Positions 14,687 to 27,980 of a DNA stretch of 64,000 bases are shown here, piece after piece. The DNA is from Octopus vulgaris (lineage: Eukaryota), in the NCBI GenBank assembly GCA_951406725.2, contig OX597828.1, forward strand, positions 14,012,001-14,076,000, given 5' to 3'. The stretch's first letter is position 1; each line of letters starts with the position of its first letter. The notes under the pieces are model-generated. The model was not told the origin of the DNA and ran no database searches. It worked only from the letters and a program-made list of their open reading frames with translations. The translations under genes were made by a program, and so were the position numbers.

Positions 14687-15109
14687 GGATCTTTTCGGTT
14701 TGAACGGCAGTTTTTAAAAATAATTTCCACGTAAGTAAACACTTTTAAACTTCGTATACTGGTAGAATGTGTTTATAAAACATCTTTTTCTCTTGGCTTT
14801 AGTGAGAAAATACTATAGTTTGTAAGATATTTGTTGTTGTTCTTCTTCAATTTCTGCAATTTCAACCAATCAATGACGTCTATTAAGGTAAAAAGCATTC
14901 TGTGCCGTATGAAAATGTCCTTCGTTTAAGAAACAGATTGGGTTCATTTACATTTCTGAAGAAAGAAAGATACCCTTCCCCCACCCCTAACCCTAACCCT
15001 AACCCTAAAATAGATTGAAATGCAATAGATCGATACTAGGGTCATAATTATGGGTGACAATTTCACATGACACCGCTAGAAAAAACTGCCGTTCAAACCG
15101 AAAAGATCC
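14687..15109. mobile_element. MITE with GG-terminated TIRs and 8-bp TSD (Merlin-like)
   Basis: TIR GGATCTTTTCGGTTTGAACGGCAGTTTTT at both ends; TSD TATTCATA at 14679-14686 and 15110-15117. Confidence 0.8.
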
Positions 15110-15661
15110 TATTCATATACCCTGGAGTGAGTATTTCTCCTTCATAACCACTGAGTCACGCCTACATACATACATTCATGCATACATACGTAACCGGCAC
15201 TCCGTTGGTTACGACGACAAGGGTTCCTGGTGATCATCAACCGAACAGCCTGCTCGTAAAGTAAACGAGCAAGTGGCCGAGCACTCCACAGACATGCGTA
15301 CTCTGGATGTATTTTTCAGAGAGATTCAGTGTAGCATAGAATGTGACAAGGATGGCCCTTTGTAACACAGGTCCAACTCATTTTTTGCCAGTTCAGTTAG
15401 ACTGGAGAAGTCTGAAATAGAGTATAAACTGCCTTGCTCAAGGACACAACGCGCCGCCGGGAATCGAACTCAAAGCCTTATGATCGTGAACCGAATATAC
15501 TAACCACCAAGCCATACGTACATACATACATACATACGTACATACATACATACACACACACACACACATACACACACACACATACATACATACATACATA
15601 CATACATACATACATACATACATACATACATACATACATACATACATACATACACCTACGC

Positions 15662-15872
15662 TGAACTATTGAGAAATCTGCAGCTACTCTGCTCAGATTA
15701 CAAGTTCAGGTTTATACCTGTAATTATTAGGACACATTGCCTAAGTAGCAATCTTAAGAAATTAGGCTTCTCAAAACCAGAATGAAGAATGCTGATTCGA
15801 AGACTACAGATCTAAGCTATCACTGGAACCGTAAAAATCTGTAAAACTTTCCAGAAGTTTATCATTTAAGTA
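15662..15872 (+). pseudogene. C-terminal relic of an RLE-type (R2/R4/Dong-like) non-LTR retrotransposon ORF
   Basis: Translates ELLRNLQLLCSDYKFRFIPVII...LKKLGFS...LIRRLQI*AITGTVKICKTF*; 3' UTR continues to a (TAAA)n tail at about 16390. Confidence 0.6.
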
Positions 15873-15916
15873 TATATGAGCATGTCTAGACATGCAAGTA
15901 AGTATATGCACGAGAA

Positions 15917-16194
15917 CTTATTTTTTATTTATGCGCCCTTTTCAAGCCTAGCCAGGCTCATGGGCCCGGTTTCCCGGTTTCTGTGGCCTATGTGTTCCAC
16001 TCCAGCTGGACGGGATGCCAGTCCATCGCAGCGTTACTCAAGAAACAGGAAGAAAGAGTGAGAGAAAGCCGGAGCCTCGTGGAGCTTTAGGTGTTTTCGC
16101 TCAATAAACACACACAACGCCCGGTCTGGGAATCGAAACCGCGATCCTCCGACCGTGGGTCCGCTGTCCTAACCACTGGGGCTTGCGCCTCCAC
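15917..16194 (-). mobile_element. tRNA-derived SINE (family C-related) with 12-bp TSD
   Basis: TSD TATGCACGAGAA at 15905-15916 and 16195-16206; head GGAGGCGCAAGCCCCAGTGGTTAGG and B box GTTTCGATTCCC on the minus strand. Confidence 0.8.
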
Positions 16195-17095
16195 TATGCA
16201 CGAGAATACATACATAAAACAAAATAAAACATTAAAATCTGTGGATGCACTGACTTCAAAAACTGCACACATGTACACAAACACCCTATTGATGTTGTTG
16301 AAATTCCAGTGAAGAAGCCTTGAATGTAGGATAGAAATCGACTCTTTCTCTATTGGCAAGAAATCTTGGAATAATACTGAATAATGACATAATAAATAAA
16401 TAAATAAATAAATAAATGCGCCCTTTTACAGCCTAGCCAGGCTCATGGGCCCGGTTTCCCGGTTTCTATGGCGTATGGGTTTCCCGGTTTCTATGGCGTA
16501 TGTGTTTCCCAGCTGAACGGGACGCCAATCCATCGCAGCGTTACTCATTTTTGCCAGCTGAGTGGACTGGAGCAACGTGGAATGAAGTGTTTTGCTCAAG
16601 AACACAACGCGTTGCCCGGTCCGAGGAATCGAAACCACAATCTTACGATCATGGGGCTGACACCCTAACCACAAAACCACGCGCCTGCACGAATAATGGC
16701 ACACATTATATTACATTAGATTTCATGAGACTGAATTAGTTGTTGAGATCGTGTGCGTTGTTTAAGCGACGTCAATCGAGCGGCATGGGACTAACCGAGA
16801 TTTATTCATTAAAGTTACATTGCTGTATAATTAGAATGTTACTAAGTGGACAAGGTCAGTTGTTTAATTTGTTTGTGACACAAATTCTGGAACCGAACCA
16901 AGTAGATAAAGCCAATTCTATTGATTGTGTAACAACAGTAAATTAATGTCGTTTATTTTCAACTGGGCACCAATGAAGCCAGTTAAGTTCGCTTGCCAAT
17001 TATTACGGCACAATTGCTTTCGTTGATGAATTTGAATAAATGTATGAAACATGTGTCGTAGTTAATATTATAGTTTATATATATATTTATAAATT

Positions 17096-17345
17096 GGAGG
17101 CGCGTGGCTTAGTGGCTAGGGTGTCAGCATCATGATCGTAAGATTATGATTTCGATTCCTGGACCGGGCGATGCATTGTGTTCTTGAGCAATACACTTCA
17201 TTTCACGTTGCTCCAGTCCACTCAGCGGGCAAAAATGAGTAACGCTGCGATGGACTGTCGTCCCGTCCAGCTGGGGAAAACATACGCCATTGAAACCGAG
17301 AAACCGGGCCCATGAGCCTGGCTAGGCTGTAAAAGGGGCGTATAT
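17096..17345 (+). mobile_element. tRNA-derived SINE family C
   Basis: GGAGGCGCGTGGCTTAGTGG..TTCGATTCC..CACTTCATTTCACGTTGCTCCAGTCCACTCAGC; related copies at about 15195, 16410, 18175, 28525, 47125, 51915, 52230, 57835 and 59440. Confidence 0.75.
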
Positions 17346-17801
17346 ATTATTATAGATTTTAGTAGGCTCGTATCTCCACCGCGGTCAGATTTTAGCAGTT
17401 TGTCTTTTTGGGATCGATTTTGCAGTTTTTAAACAAACATTCTGTAATACATTATACCTATGTGTGTATGTGGGTGTATGTGTATGTATGTGTGCATGTA
17501 TTTATGAAATACACATACATACAGTCATACACACATACACACTCATGCATACATATATCCATACATACGTCCATAAAATGCATGCATACATATATCCATC
17601 CATCCATCCATTTATCCACACATACATATATACGCACATAGTTACGTACATACATAGGTACGTACATTTATATGTATTCCCATACAAGGTGCGAGAAGTG
17701 GATGTGGGGTAGCGAAACCGTGGGCAAGTGTCTTCTACTATAGCCTCGGGCCGACCAAAGCCTTGTTAGTGGATTCGGTAGACGGAAACTGAAAGAAGCC
17801 C

Positions 17802-17882
<81 letters not shown>

Positions 17883-18505
17883 ATACTTACACACACACAT
17901 GTATTTGTGTGTGGGTATCTGTGTTTGTCCTCCCACCATCGCTAGACAACCGATGTTGGTGTGTTCGACAAAAGAGACCGATAGAATAAGTGCAAGGCTT
18001 ACAAAGAAAAAAGTCCTGGGCTCGATTTGTTCGACTAAAGGCGGTGCTCCAGCATGGCCGCAGTCAAATAACTGAAACAAGTAAAAGAATAAAAGAATAT
18101 AACGAATAAAAGAATACATACACACATACATGCGTAGGTACATACATATGTATACACATATATAGAGGAGGAGCACTCCGTCGGTTACGACGAGGATCCC
18201 AGCTGATACGATCAGCGGAACAGCTTGTTCGTGAAATTAACGTGCAAATGGTTGTGTATTCCACAGACACGTGTACCTTAACGCAGTTCTCAGAGAGCTT
18301 CAGAGTGACACAGTGTGGGACAAGGCTGGCCCTTTGAAATACAGGTACTACTCATTTTTGCCAGCTGAGTGGACCGGAGCAACGTGAAATAAAGGACACA
18401 ACGCGTCGCCGGGAATTGAACTCACGACCTTACGATCGTGAGCCGAATATCCTAACCAGTAATCCACACGCTTTGTATATATGTATATAGACACATATAT
18501 ACATA

Positions 18506-19767
18506 CGAGGGACGTTCAATAAGTAATGCCTCTGACCCACTTGCAGTTGTTTGATCTCTATAGATTAAGTGGCAAATTACAGCTCTGAGCTAATTGTGGT
18601 TTCTGATTTACAGGTGTTTGAACTGAGTCAAGTGTGAAATGGAGCCTGTTGAGTGTCGAGCAGTGATCCGGTTTTTGTATTTGAAAGGACGCACACCACA
18701 GGAGACTTTTGATGAAATGAAAGTAACTTATGGTGATGATACCCCATCATATGACCTTGTAAAACGCTGGCATCGTGAATTCAAACATGGTCAGAACTCT
18801 GTGGAAACAGCTCCCAGATCTGGTCACCCCCTTCTGCCATTGATGAGGCATCTGTCCGTCAAGTTGAGGCTGCCATTTTGGAAGATCGATGCATAACTAT
18901 TCGCCAAATAGCCCATGAGGTCAAGATTAGTACCGGGTCTGTGGAAACTATCATTCATGACCATTTGCATAAGCAAAAGGTGTCTGCCAGATGGATTCCC
19001 AGGTTGCTCACACCTTTCCAGAAGCAAGAACGCGTTGAGTGCTCGAGGATGAATTTGGAGATGTGCCAAGAAGATGAGTCAAAATTTTTCAAAAGACTGA
19101 TTACACAGGATGAAACCTGGGTCCATCACTATGATTCAGAGACCAAAGCCCAGTCAATGCAGTGGAAGCACCGTGACTCACCTCCTCCAAAGAAGGCAAG
19201 GGTGCAGCCCTCCGCTGGCAAGGTCATGCTCACAGTCTTCTGGGACCAGGACGGAGTAGTGATGACAGATTTCCTGGCAAAGGGTACCACAATTACAGGA
19301 GCCTATTATGCTTCACTTTTGAGGAAATTAAGAGAAGCTATCAAAATCAAGAGGTGGGGCAAGATCAGCAAAGGCATCCTCCTCCTGCAGGACAACGCTC
19401 CGGTCCACAACTCGCGTGTCGCCAGATCAGAAGCACAGGCGTGCTGCTATGAACTCCTCCCCCATCCCCCCTACGCTCCTGACCTTGCACCCTCTGATTT
19501 TCACCTCTTCCCAGCCATGAAGTTGTTTTTGAAAGGAAAGCATTTCACAGATGATGCAGCCTTGAATTTCTAAAGTCACGTCCTGGTTGGAGGACCAAGC
19601 TGGGGTCTTCTACTACAAAAACGGTCTCCAGCGCTGCATCAAACGATGGGAGAAATGCGTAACTCTGGGTGGTTCCTATGTAGAAAAAGACTAATAACTG
19701 TGCCAAGTTTCGTTGCTCTACTGCTATGGGAAATGGGTCAGGGGTATTACTTATTGAACGCCCCTCG
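18506..19767 (+). mobile_element. Near-full-length mariner DNA transposon (1262 bp)
   Basis: TIRs CGAGGGACGTTCAATAAGTAATGCC / GGTATTACTTATTGAACGCCCCTCG with TA TSDs at 18504-05 and 19768-69. Confidence 0.95.
18639..19694 (+). pseudogene. Mariner DD34D transposase, two frameshifts (about 18830 and 19565)
   Basis: HTH N-terminus (ECRAVIRFLYLKG), WIPRLL, TQDETW, QDNAPVH, HPPYAPDLAPSDFHLF, RWEKCVTLGGSYVEK*. Confidence 0.92.
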
Positions 19768-19819
19768 TATATACATATATACACATACACACGCGCGCAC
19801 ACACATATATAAAAAAAAT

Positions 19820-20055
19820 TCCTATTTCTTTGTTACCCACAAGGGGCTAAACATAGAGGGGACAAACAAGGACAGATAAACGGATTAAGTCGATTATATC
19901 GACCCCAGTGCGTAACTGGTACTTAATTTATCGACCCCGAAAGGATGAAAGGCAAAGTCGACCTCGGCGGAATTTGAACTCAGAACGTGACGACAGACGA
20001 AATACGGCTACGCATTTCGCCCGGTGTGCTAACGTTTCTGCCAGCTCGCCGCCTT
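19820..20055 (-). mobile_element. SINE family A copy
   Basis: Reverse complement of 8358-8565; near-identical copy at 22830-23062. Confidence 0.8.
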
Positions 20056-20285
20056 ATATATAAAAATTCTGTGTCCCCCATTAGGGTTTTAGGTCTCCAT
20101 TGTAAGCGTTGTGCTTAGTACAGTATGTCAAGACGTATACTTTGCATGCATTCCCCTTCAATGGCAGGAAGGAAGAATGCAAGGAAATTATTAGCCTCAC
20201 TAGGAGCTGAAAGACTTGTGTGTTCAGACATGCTTCGAGGTGGAGTTTTACTAAAATATGATAAACTGGCACACACACGCACGCA

Positions 20286-20368
<83 letters not shown>

Positions 20369-20478
20369 ACTCTCATTTTCACCTCTCTCTATCCCCCAGG
20401 TTCGCTCTCTGTCTCTCTCACACACACACTCTCTTTCCCGACCTCTCTCTCTCCTCTCTCTCTCTATCCCCCACGTTT

Positions 20479-20513
<35 letters not shown>

Positions 20514-20518
20514 CACAT

Positions 20519-20553
<35 letters not shown>

Positions 20554-20644
20554 TACACACAAACACGCAAACATATCCAAAATACATATCCACGCTTTCA
20601 CTCATACCGTTAGACAGAAAGAAAGATAGATGGATAGATAGATG

Positions 20645-20720
<76 letters not shown>

Positions 20721-20726
20721 TGATAA

Positions 20727-20808
<82 letters not shown>

Positions 20809-20911
20809 CACGTGATCGCTCTCGCCACGTCCCCACCCTCTTCCTCTCACTCTCTCTGTCCCTCTCGCTCGCTCTATCCCTCTCTCTCTCTGTTTCTCTC
20901 TCTCTCCCTCT

Positions 20912-20950
<39 letters not shown>

Positions 20951-22046
20951 CATTGAACCAAAAGAATACTTATATTTAGGCCATTTAGCATCTCCAAAAT
21001 CCCAGCTTATAGGATGTTACTTTCGATTCAATATCTAACCTTAAAGAAAGAGATTAATCAATGCTCAAAAATCTTTTCCCAGGGTCATTAGATCACGATT
21101 CCTTATCTCACTAGAATTTCCCCATCTTTTCTATGCCATCATCCCTTACTTTAATTGAATCCGACAAGGCAACCGGTCTGTTAAAGATGCGGAAGCCATG
21201 TTTTTATTCTCGATTTCTTACCAGTTTTAATATTCGTGGTAAGTTCCACTCTATCTTTATTTCTGCCTGCCATGCGAATTTCTGTCTTTTTATGAAGATG
21301 GCTGGAGAAATGTCAGGTTCCATTAGATGTTCGGTAATCTGCAATTGTTTTCTTTAACCAAATTTTCTTCAGCGATCTTTGCCGTTCAGAATTTACACCA
21401 TATTCTTTGCCTGACATTCGTCAATTAACTAAACAAGAATATTTTAGTCCAGTGTATGTATTCGGCTTCTTGATTCCGAGTTAAATAGCAGCAGCTATGT
21501 TTTCTCTGATATTTGACAGCTAGAATCCATTTGACGATATGAATTGAGAAGAGAGCGGGAAAAAAGTGAAGAAAATGGGCAACGTAATTCAAATGTGTAT
21601 ATGTGAGGTCAGCGGCCGGAGCGGGGTAATAAATACGATACCAGTGAAGTGGAGAAGAATGGGAACCAAATATATGGAGAGGAAGGATACACTAAAATAA
21701 TCTTGAATCGTTAGAATACGAGAAGGCTTCTAAAATCAACACCAATTCTCCCTCAAATCACATCCCATCGTCATAAAAATGCAAGGACTCGCTGGATGTT
21801 GTAGCTCCAGTTATATATTATAAGATTTTTTTAATGACGGAATGGTCATGGTTGAAACCTATTTAATCATAGATCTACTTGACCATTGCTAACTTGAGTC
21901 TAAATAAACCCTTCTACTATAGGCCCAAGGCCTGAAATTTGTGGGAAAAGAGCTAAGTCTATCATATCGATCCCAGTGCTTGACTGGTACTTATTCTATC
22001 GACTCCGAAAGGCTGAAAGGCAAAGTCGACCTCGGTGGTGGTGGTG

Positions 22047-22129
<83 letters not shown>

Positions 22130-24432
22130 TGTTGTTGTTGTTGTTGTTGTTGCTTTTCGTCCCAGGTCGGTTCTGATCGAGCAGACTCATTGACATGTAT
22201 GCAATCACCCAGATGGCTGGATACGATCTGGGGATCCATTGCTCAAAATACTGTACCTCCATCCTAGCTGGAAGCCATGTTGTTCTTTCTGGCATTCAGT
22301 TGTCAATCGTATTTCTTGGTGCTGGTGTTCCTTTTGTTGTTGTTGTTGTGTAGTCCCAGAGTCAGGGAACGGAGATAAAATGACAGGTGAGTATGTAGTC
22401 GCGAACTGGCAGACATATGAACCCTCTTGCTATCCCACCCATTCCTGCTCCTTCACCCTTGACCCAGCAGAATCGCTAGGATGTGACAACTAGAATGGGA
22501 TAAGGCTGAACTAGTACCAGACTGAAACTCATATAAAACTGAGTAAACTGGAGCAATGTGACATGAAGTTCCTCGCTCAAGGTCACAATTTGCGAGCTGG
22601 TCCGGGAATTGAGCTCACTCTCTCAAGACAATGAGCAGAACATCTATCAGTACATCAAGGCTGGGATAGCAGGAGGTAGAGAGGGCTGCACACCAGCACC
22701 CGGTGCAACTCATTTAGAATTGAGTAAACTGGAACAATGTGGAGTAAAGTACCTTGCTCAAGAACACACCGCTTCACCCAATCTAACAATCGAACCCGCG
22801 ACTTTATGAACGTGAGTCGAATATTCTAACCTATTTCTTTACTACCCACAAGGGGCTAAACACAGAGAGGACAAACAAGGACAGACAAACGGATTAAGTC
22901 GATTATATCGACCCCAGTGCGTAACTGGTACTTATTTAATCGACCCCGAAAGGATGAAAGGCAAAGTCGACCTCGGCGGAATTTGAACTCAGAACATAGC
23001 GGCAGACGAAATACGGCTACGCATTTCGCCCGGCATGCTAACGTTTCTGCCAGCTCGCCGCCTATTCTAACCACTAGGCTACACACCTTCACGTTGTAGT
23101 TGTATCTGAGTGTAATGATAGATGCAGTGACCGAGATTGTAGATACTGGAGTTTACTGCAGCAAAATACTGCGTTCTTCTATTGTGATTCTTCAACATTC
23201 ATTGTGAATATTTTTTGCTTCATTATATGTCTGTTTGTGGTATCTTGGTAACCTTATGTTTTGTATTCTTTTCTTAGTTTATTGTTTTGTTCCAGAGATA
23301 TTGAAAACCCAGGCAAGACTGATATAATCCTTGGTTGAGTTAATGTATTGTTTGCACTCAATTGTTATAGTTTCCTTCCGTTGGTCAACTGCGTTCATTG
23401 TGATCGCTTTAGATATAAAATGTCCATCTATGTATCACATTCTATCTAGAAGCATCGTTGAAAGGTAAATTTACTGCGGCATTCGTTCCAAGATATCTCT
23501 TATGCATGTGTTGTGTTTAAAAAAAATAATATATATATATAGGAGGGAGATGAAAATAGTCCCAGCACTAGCTAGCAAGGATGCTAGATGCATTTCGACC
23601 TCTTTGGGCCTTGTCAATTGCATGTACCTACGGCCAGTCATATACATACATACATACATACATACATACATACATACATACATACATACTGAACCGCTAA
23701 GTTATGGGGGCATAAACACACCAACACCGGTTGAAAACATACATCTATGAAATTTCAGGAAACATAAGATGCCCACTTCAAGAGATTCGATATTTCCTTC
23801 TGAACATCCAGAACTGCTTTTTTGTTCGTTTGTTTGTTTTATTAATTTTTTCTTTTTATTTATTTATTTATTTATTTGCACTCTCTGTATTTCAAGTGGT
23901 TTCCTACAAGGAAAAGGGTATTAAAAAAATAAGACAATAAGATGCAATAAAAACCCGCAGAATATTGTCCATATAAACGTTTCCTCTGTTAAATAGCGTC
24001 TGATTAGCATATGGAAATGACAAATGTAAAATGGCCGCTTGTCTTTCTTCCTTCAGTCAACTCGGCCGAAAGATAACGCACGATATAATTTATTTATCAG
24101 TTATAGTGGATTTGCCAGCTTTACACAGCCAGTTCGTCAACTAAGTCTTCACTCTAACCTTATTATGTTAGGTTGTTATTGTAAAACCAACATTATTATC
24201 ATTCAGTCAAGTTATTCAGACGTGGTTTCGACGATGGCAATATATTCTTAGTGTGTGCTGACATCAAACATGGCGAATAATTTAACGCGCAAACATAATA
24301 ACTTGCTAGACTCCTGCATTAGACGTAAACATAAATATTTCTTGGCGTTCGTCTGATGTACATATTAAGTACCCTTCGCTGAAAACCTGTGAAAGGAAAT
24401 CTTTACATTCAATTATCATAGATATTGTTATT

Positions 24433-25330
24433 ATGGCGGTGAACTAGTAGAATCGTTAGCAGACCTATCAAAATGCTTTGCAGTATTCCGTCCGTCTTTA
24501 CGTTCTGAGTTCAAATTCCGCTGGGGTCGACTTTACCTTTCATCCTTTCCGGGTCGATAAAATTAAACACTGGGATTGATGTAATCGACTAGATCCTCCC
24601 CTAAAATTTCAGACCTTGTGCCTATAATAGAAAAGATTATTAAAGCGGTGAGCTGGTAGAGTCGTTACTCAGTGGCATTTCTTCCGACTTTTTATATTCT
24701 GAGGTCAATTTTGCCTTTCACCCTTTCAGAATCGATAAAATAATTAAAGTACCAGTCAAGTACTGAGGTCCATGTTTTCGACTGTCCTTCCTCCATAAAA
24801 TTCCAGGCCTTGCATCAAAATTTGAAACAATTATTATCATAGATATTGATGGCTACGGTGGCGAGCTGGCAAAATGCTTAGCGGCCTATCGTCAGTTTTT
24901 GCGTTCTGAGTTCAAATTCTGCCGAGGTCTACTTTGTATTCCATCCTTTCAGGGTCAATAAAATAAGTACCATTTCAGTGAGATCGATGCAATCGACTTA
25001 ACCCTTGCCCCGAATATTGAAACCATTATTGTTATTGATGGCGACGAGGTAGAAAAATATTTAGAGCTCGGAAAACATGTTTCTCAGTATTGCTTTTGGC
25101 TTTATACACTCTAATACAAAACCGCCGAAGTCAACTTTTATCTATCATCCCTCCGAAATTGATTAAATAACGTAACAGTCAATACTGGATCGAATGTATC
25201 CACTTAACCACCCCTAAATTTCAGGTCTTGTGCCTTGAAATAATTATTATAATCAGTGAAATACCGGGGTGAATGTAATCGACATAAACCCCTCTCCCAA
25301 ATTCCATGCCTTGTGCCCCTAATAGAAAGG
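24433..25330 (+). mobile_element. Cluster of tandem, older SINE family A copies
   Basis: About four head-to-tail degenerate copies, each with a CCTTTCATCC..GTCGATAAAA-like core. Confidence 0.7.
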
Positions 25331-25435
<105 letters not shown>

Positions 25436-25474
25436 TCTCTTTATCACAGGTTTTACTGGTGCTCCTGGTGCCTT

Positions 25475-25536
<62 letters not shown>

Positions 25537-25537
25537 G

Positions 25538-26090
25538 AATGAGAGAGCAGTGCATGCCATCAAAGTGACACTGGGGTACAAATATACGAAGCCCAGTATA
25601 CCCATCATGACTACCCGTCTGATAAGGGTACACCAGGCACATGCATCACAACCATATGTGCGCAACATGGTGATCTCATAACAAGATAAACAGCGCATGT
25701 CCTTGCGGGTGGGGCCCAGTTAGAATTTTCTTCTGGTTGGGTAACCCATCCCACTCAAAAGGTCCCTGATTAATGGTTGTTTAAGGATGTTAAATGAAAC
25801 ACCCATGTTTCCAGAGGTGAATCATTCAAACCCTAAACAATCCCTCTCAACACATGGCTATGATGCTCCCCCACAACTTCTACTCGTGATCAGAGATGCA
25901 GATATTGTCAGCCACTAAGGGACATGGTCAACTGGTTATGGTCAAACAACTGACAAGCAAATCTGTGGTATTGAGCAGAATATTTGCTGTAGCCCATCTT
26001 TCATATCAAGACAAAACAATGTACATGATAACACTTCCAGTCAGTTAAGATCAGAAGCCATGAGAGTCACTGCTTGGTACTGCATCAGGA
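25538..26090 (+). repeat. Interspersed repeat between (TTA)n and (CAT)n, probably RLE-LINE-derived
   Basis: 3' end encodes a QK..SLLGTA-like RLE C-terminal motif; bounded by trinucleotide tracts. Confidence 0.35.
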
Positions 26091-26193
26091 ATTAAAAAAA
26101 AAATTTTTTTATCATCATCATCATCACCATCACCATCACCATCACCATCATCATCACCATCATCATCATCATCATCATCACCATCACCATCAC

Positions 26194-26225
<32 letters not shown>

Positions 26226-26266
26226 AGTCGTCGTCGTCGTCGTTGTTGTTGTTGTTGTTCTTATTA

Positions 26267-26328
<62 letters not shown>

Positions 26329-26464
26329 GTTATTATTATTGTTATTGTTATTATTATTATTATTATTATTATTGTTATTGTTATTGTTATTGTTATTTTT
26401 ATTGTTATTGTTATTGTTATTGTTGTTGTTGTTGTTATTGTTATTGTTATTGCTATTGTTATTG

Positions 26465-26549
<85 letters not shown>

Positions 26550-26639
26550 AATGATGATGATGATGATGATGCCAATACAAAGTGCCTTGTACACAATGAA
26601 ATTATTTGATGTTCTTGTTTATATATTGCATTTTTTTTT

Positions 26640-27790
26640 TAGGAGTCCAGAGTTGTTCAGATGTCGTTTTTGTTGTATTGATTGATCTTTTCTGGGGTTG
26701 TCCCCTCGCCGAACATATTTCTTTCCAAAATTCTTCCACTTATGCTGTTGGTGTTGCATTGATCTTGATTTTATTTTAGCCAAGTTTTTAGAATCTTTTC
26801 GAGTTGGAGTTGAACTGTTTGTTTTGTTCAAAAAAACGTTGGCGTTTCTCATACCGGCGGATTCCTTGTGCTTTGGCGATAATATCTTGCTTAAGCAATT
26901 CTTTTACCTCAGGTATACCTTGTTCGGTAATTTTGTATTTACGTAGTATTTTTCTTCTATTGTTGCTTAGTAGTGTTGATTGTCTTCTAGTTTCTTTAAG
27001 GATTGACACATCCTTTCTTTTATGGGTTTGAGGGTGTATCCAGCTTCTTTTGTGGCCACAGGCTGCTGCCTATATCATAAAATTTAACCTGGTCATATTG
27101 ACATTTGTTTCTGTGGCTATTAGTTCTGTGACGACCAGATTCATGTTATTTATTATTGACGTTTTGATTGATTGATTGATTGATTCTAGTTTCAGCTTAT
27201 GAGCTGTGGCCATGCTGGGGCACCGCCATTTATCAATTTTAATTTTTGGGAGGTACAATCGGTGGTCCCTACTGATATCTGTGGCTTTCAATTCTTTGAT
27301 TATATTCATTTTTAAAATATCATAATCTTCACCTTCACTGTTTCCAGGTTTTAGATTTGTTTCGTATTCCCTCTCGTTCATATTTTTGTCTATGGTATTC
27401 TGGTTTGGTGCATTTTGCTCATCATTATACTTTCCCTCGGTCTGGACATGTTACGTCTGTCTTCGTATTTTACAGTCCCAGTACTTATGATATTATTTGG
27501 CATTGCTGTGTGGTTACTATCTACGTTTTCCTGGTGTATTTTTCTTTTTAAGTGTTCAATTTCTATTTCTGATTTTCTTTTATGAGACTATATGTCCGTT
27601 TGTTAGCTAGTTTATTAGGGTTCATTGCTGTATCCAAATCTTTGTCTAGGTTATTTTTCTTCCAGATTTTAGATGTATATATTGTTGCGTTTTCGTTCTG
27701 TGAGTAGAGCACTGCTGTAAAATAAGCGTGCAGGATTGAAATATATTCCTCACATGTCCATTTATGCTTTTTTGATTTTATTTGCAGAAT
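26640..27790 (-). pseudogene. Decayed N-terminal region of an R4/Dong-like non-LTR retrotransposon ORF
   Basis: KWTCEEYISILHAYF; LKQDIIAKAQGIRRYEKRQRFFEQNKQFNSNSKRF resembles the pre-RT region of R4-clade ORFs; trinucleotide microsatellites on both sides. Confidence 0.6.
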
Positions 27791-27842
27791 ATGAACAATA
27801 ATATCCGGCTCTTTATTTTGATGGTCATCATTCTCGTAGGGT

Positions 27843-27886
<44 letters not shown>

Positions 27887-27913
27887 TATCATCAACAACA
27901 ACAACATCATCAA

Positions 27914-27980
<67 letters not shown>

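Noticed and set aside
17096-17170. tRNA-like sequences (A and B boxes)
   Set aside because: They are SINE heads followed by conserved SINE bodies; no complete cloverleaf supported
21000-23480. Possible old LINE fragments at about 21000-21540 and 23100-23480 (minus strand)
   Set aside because: Only vague motif similarity (SDHN-like); family cannot be assigned without a search
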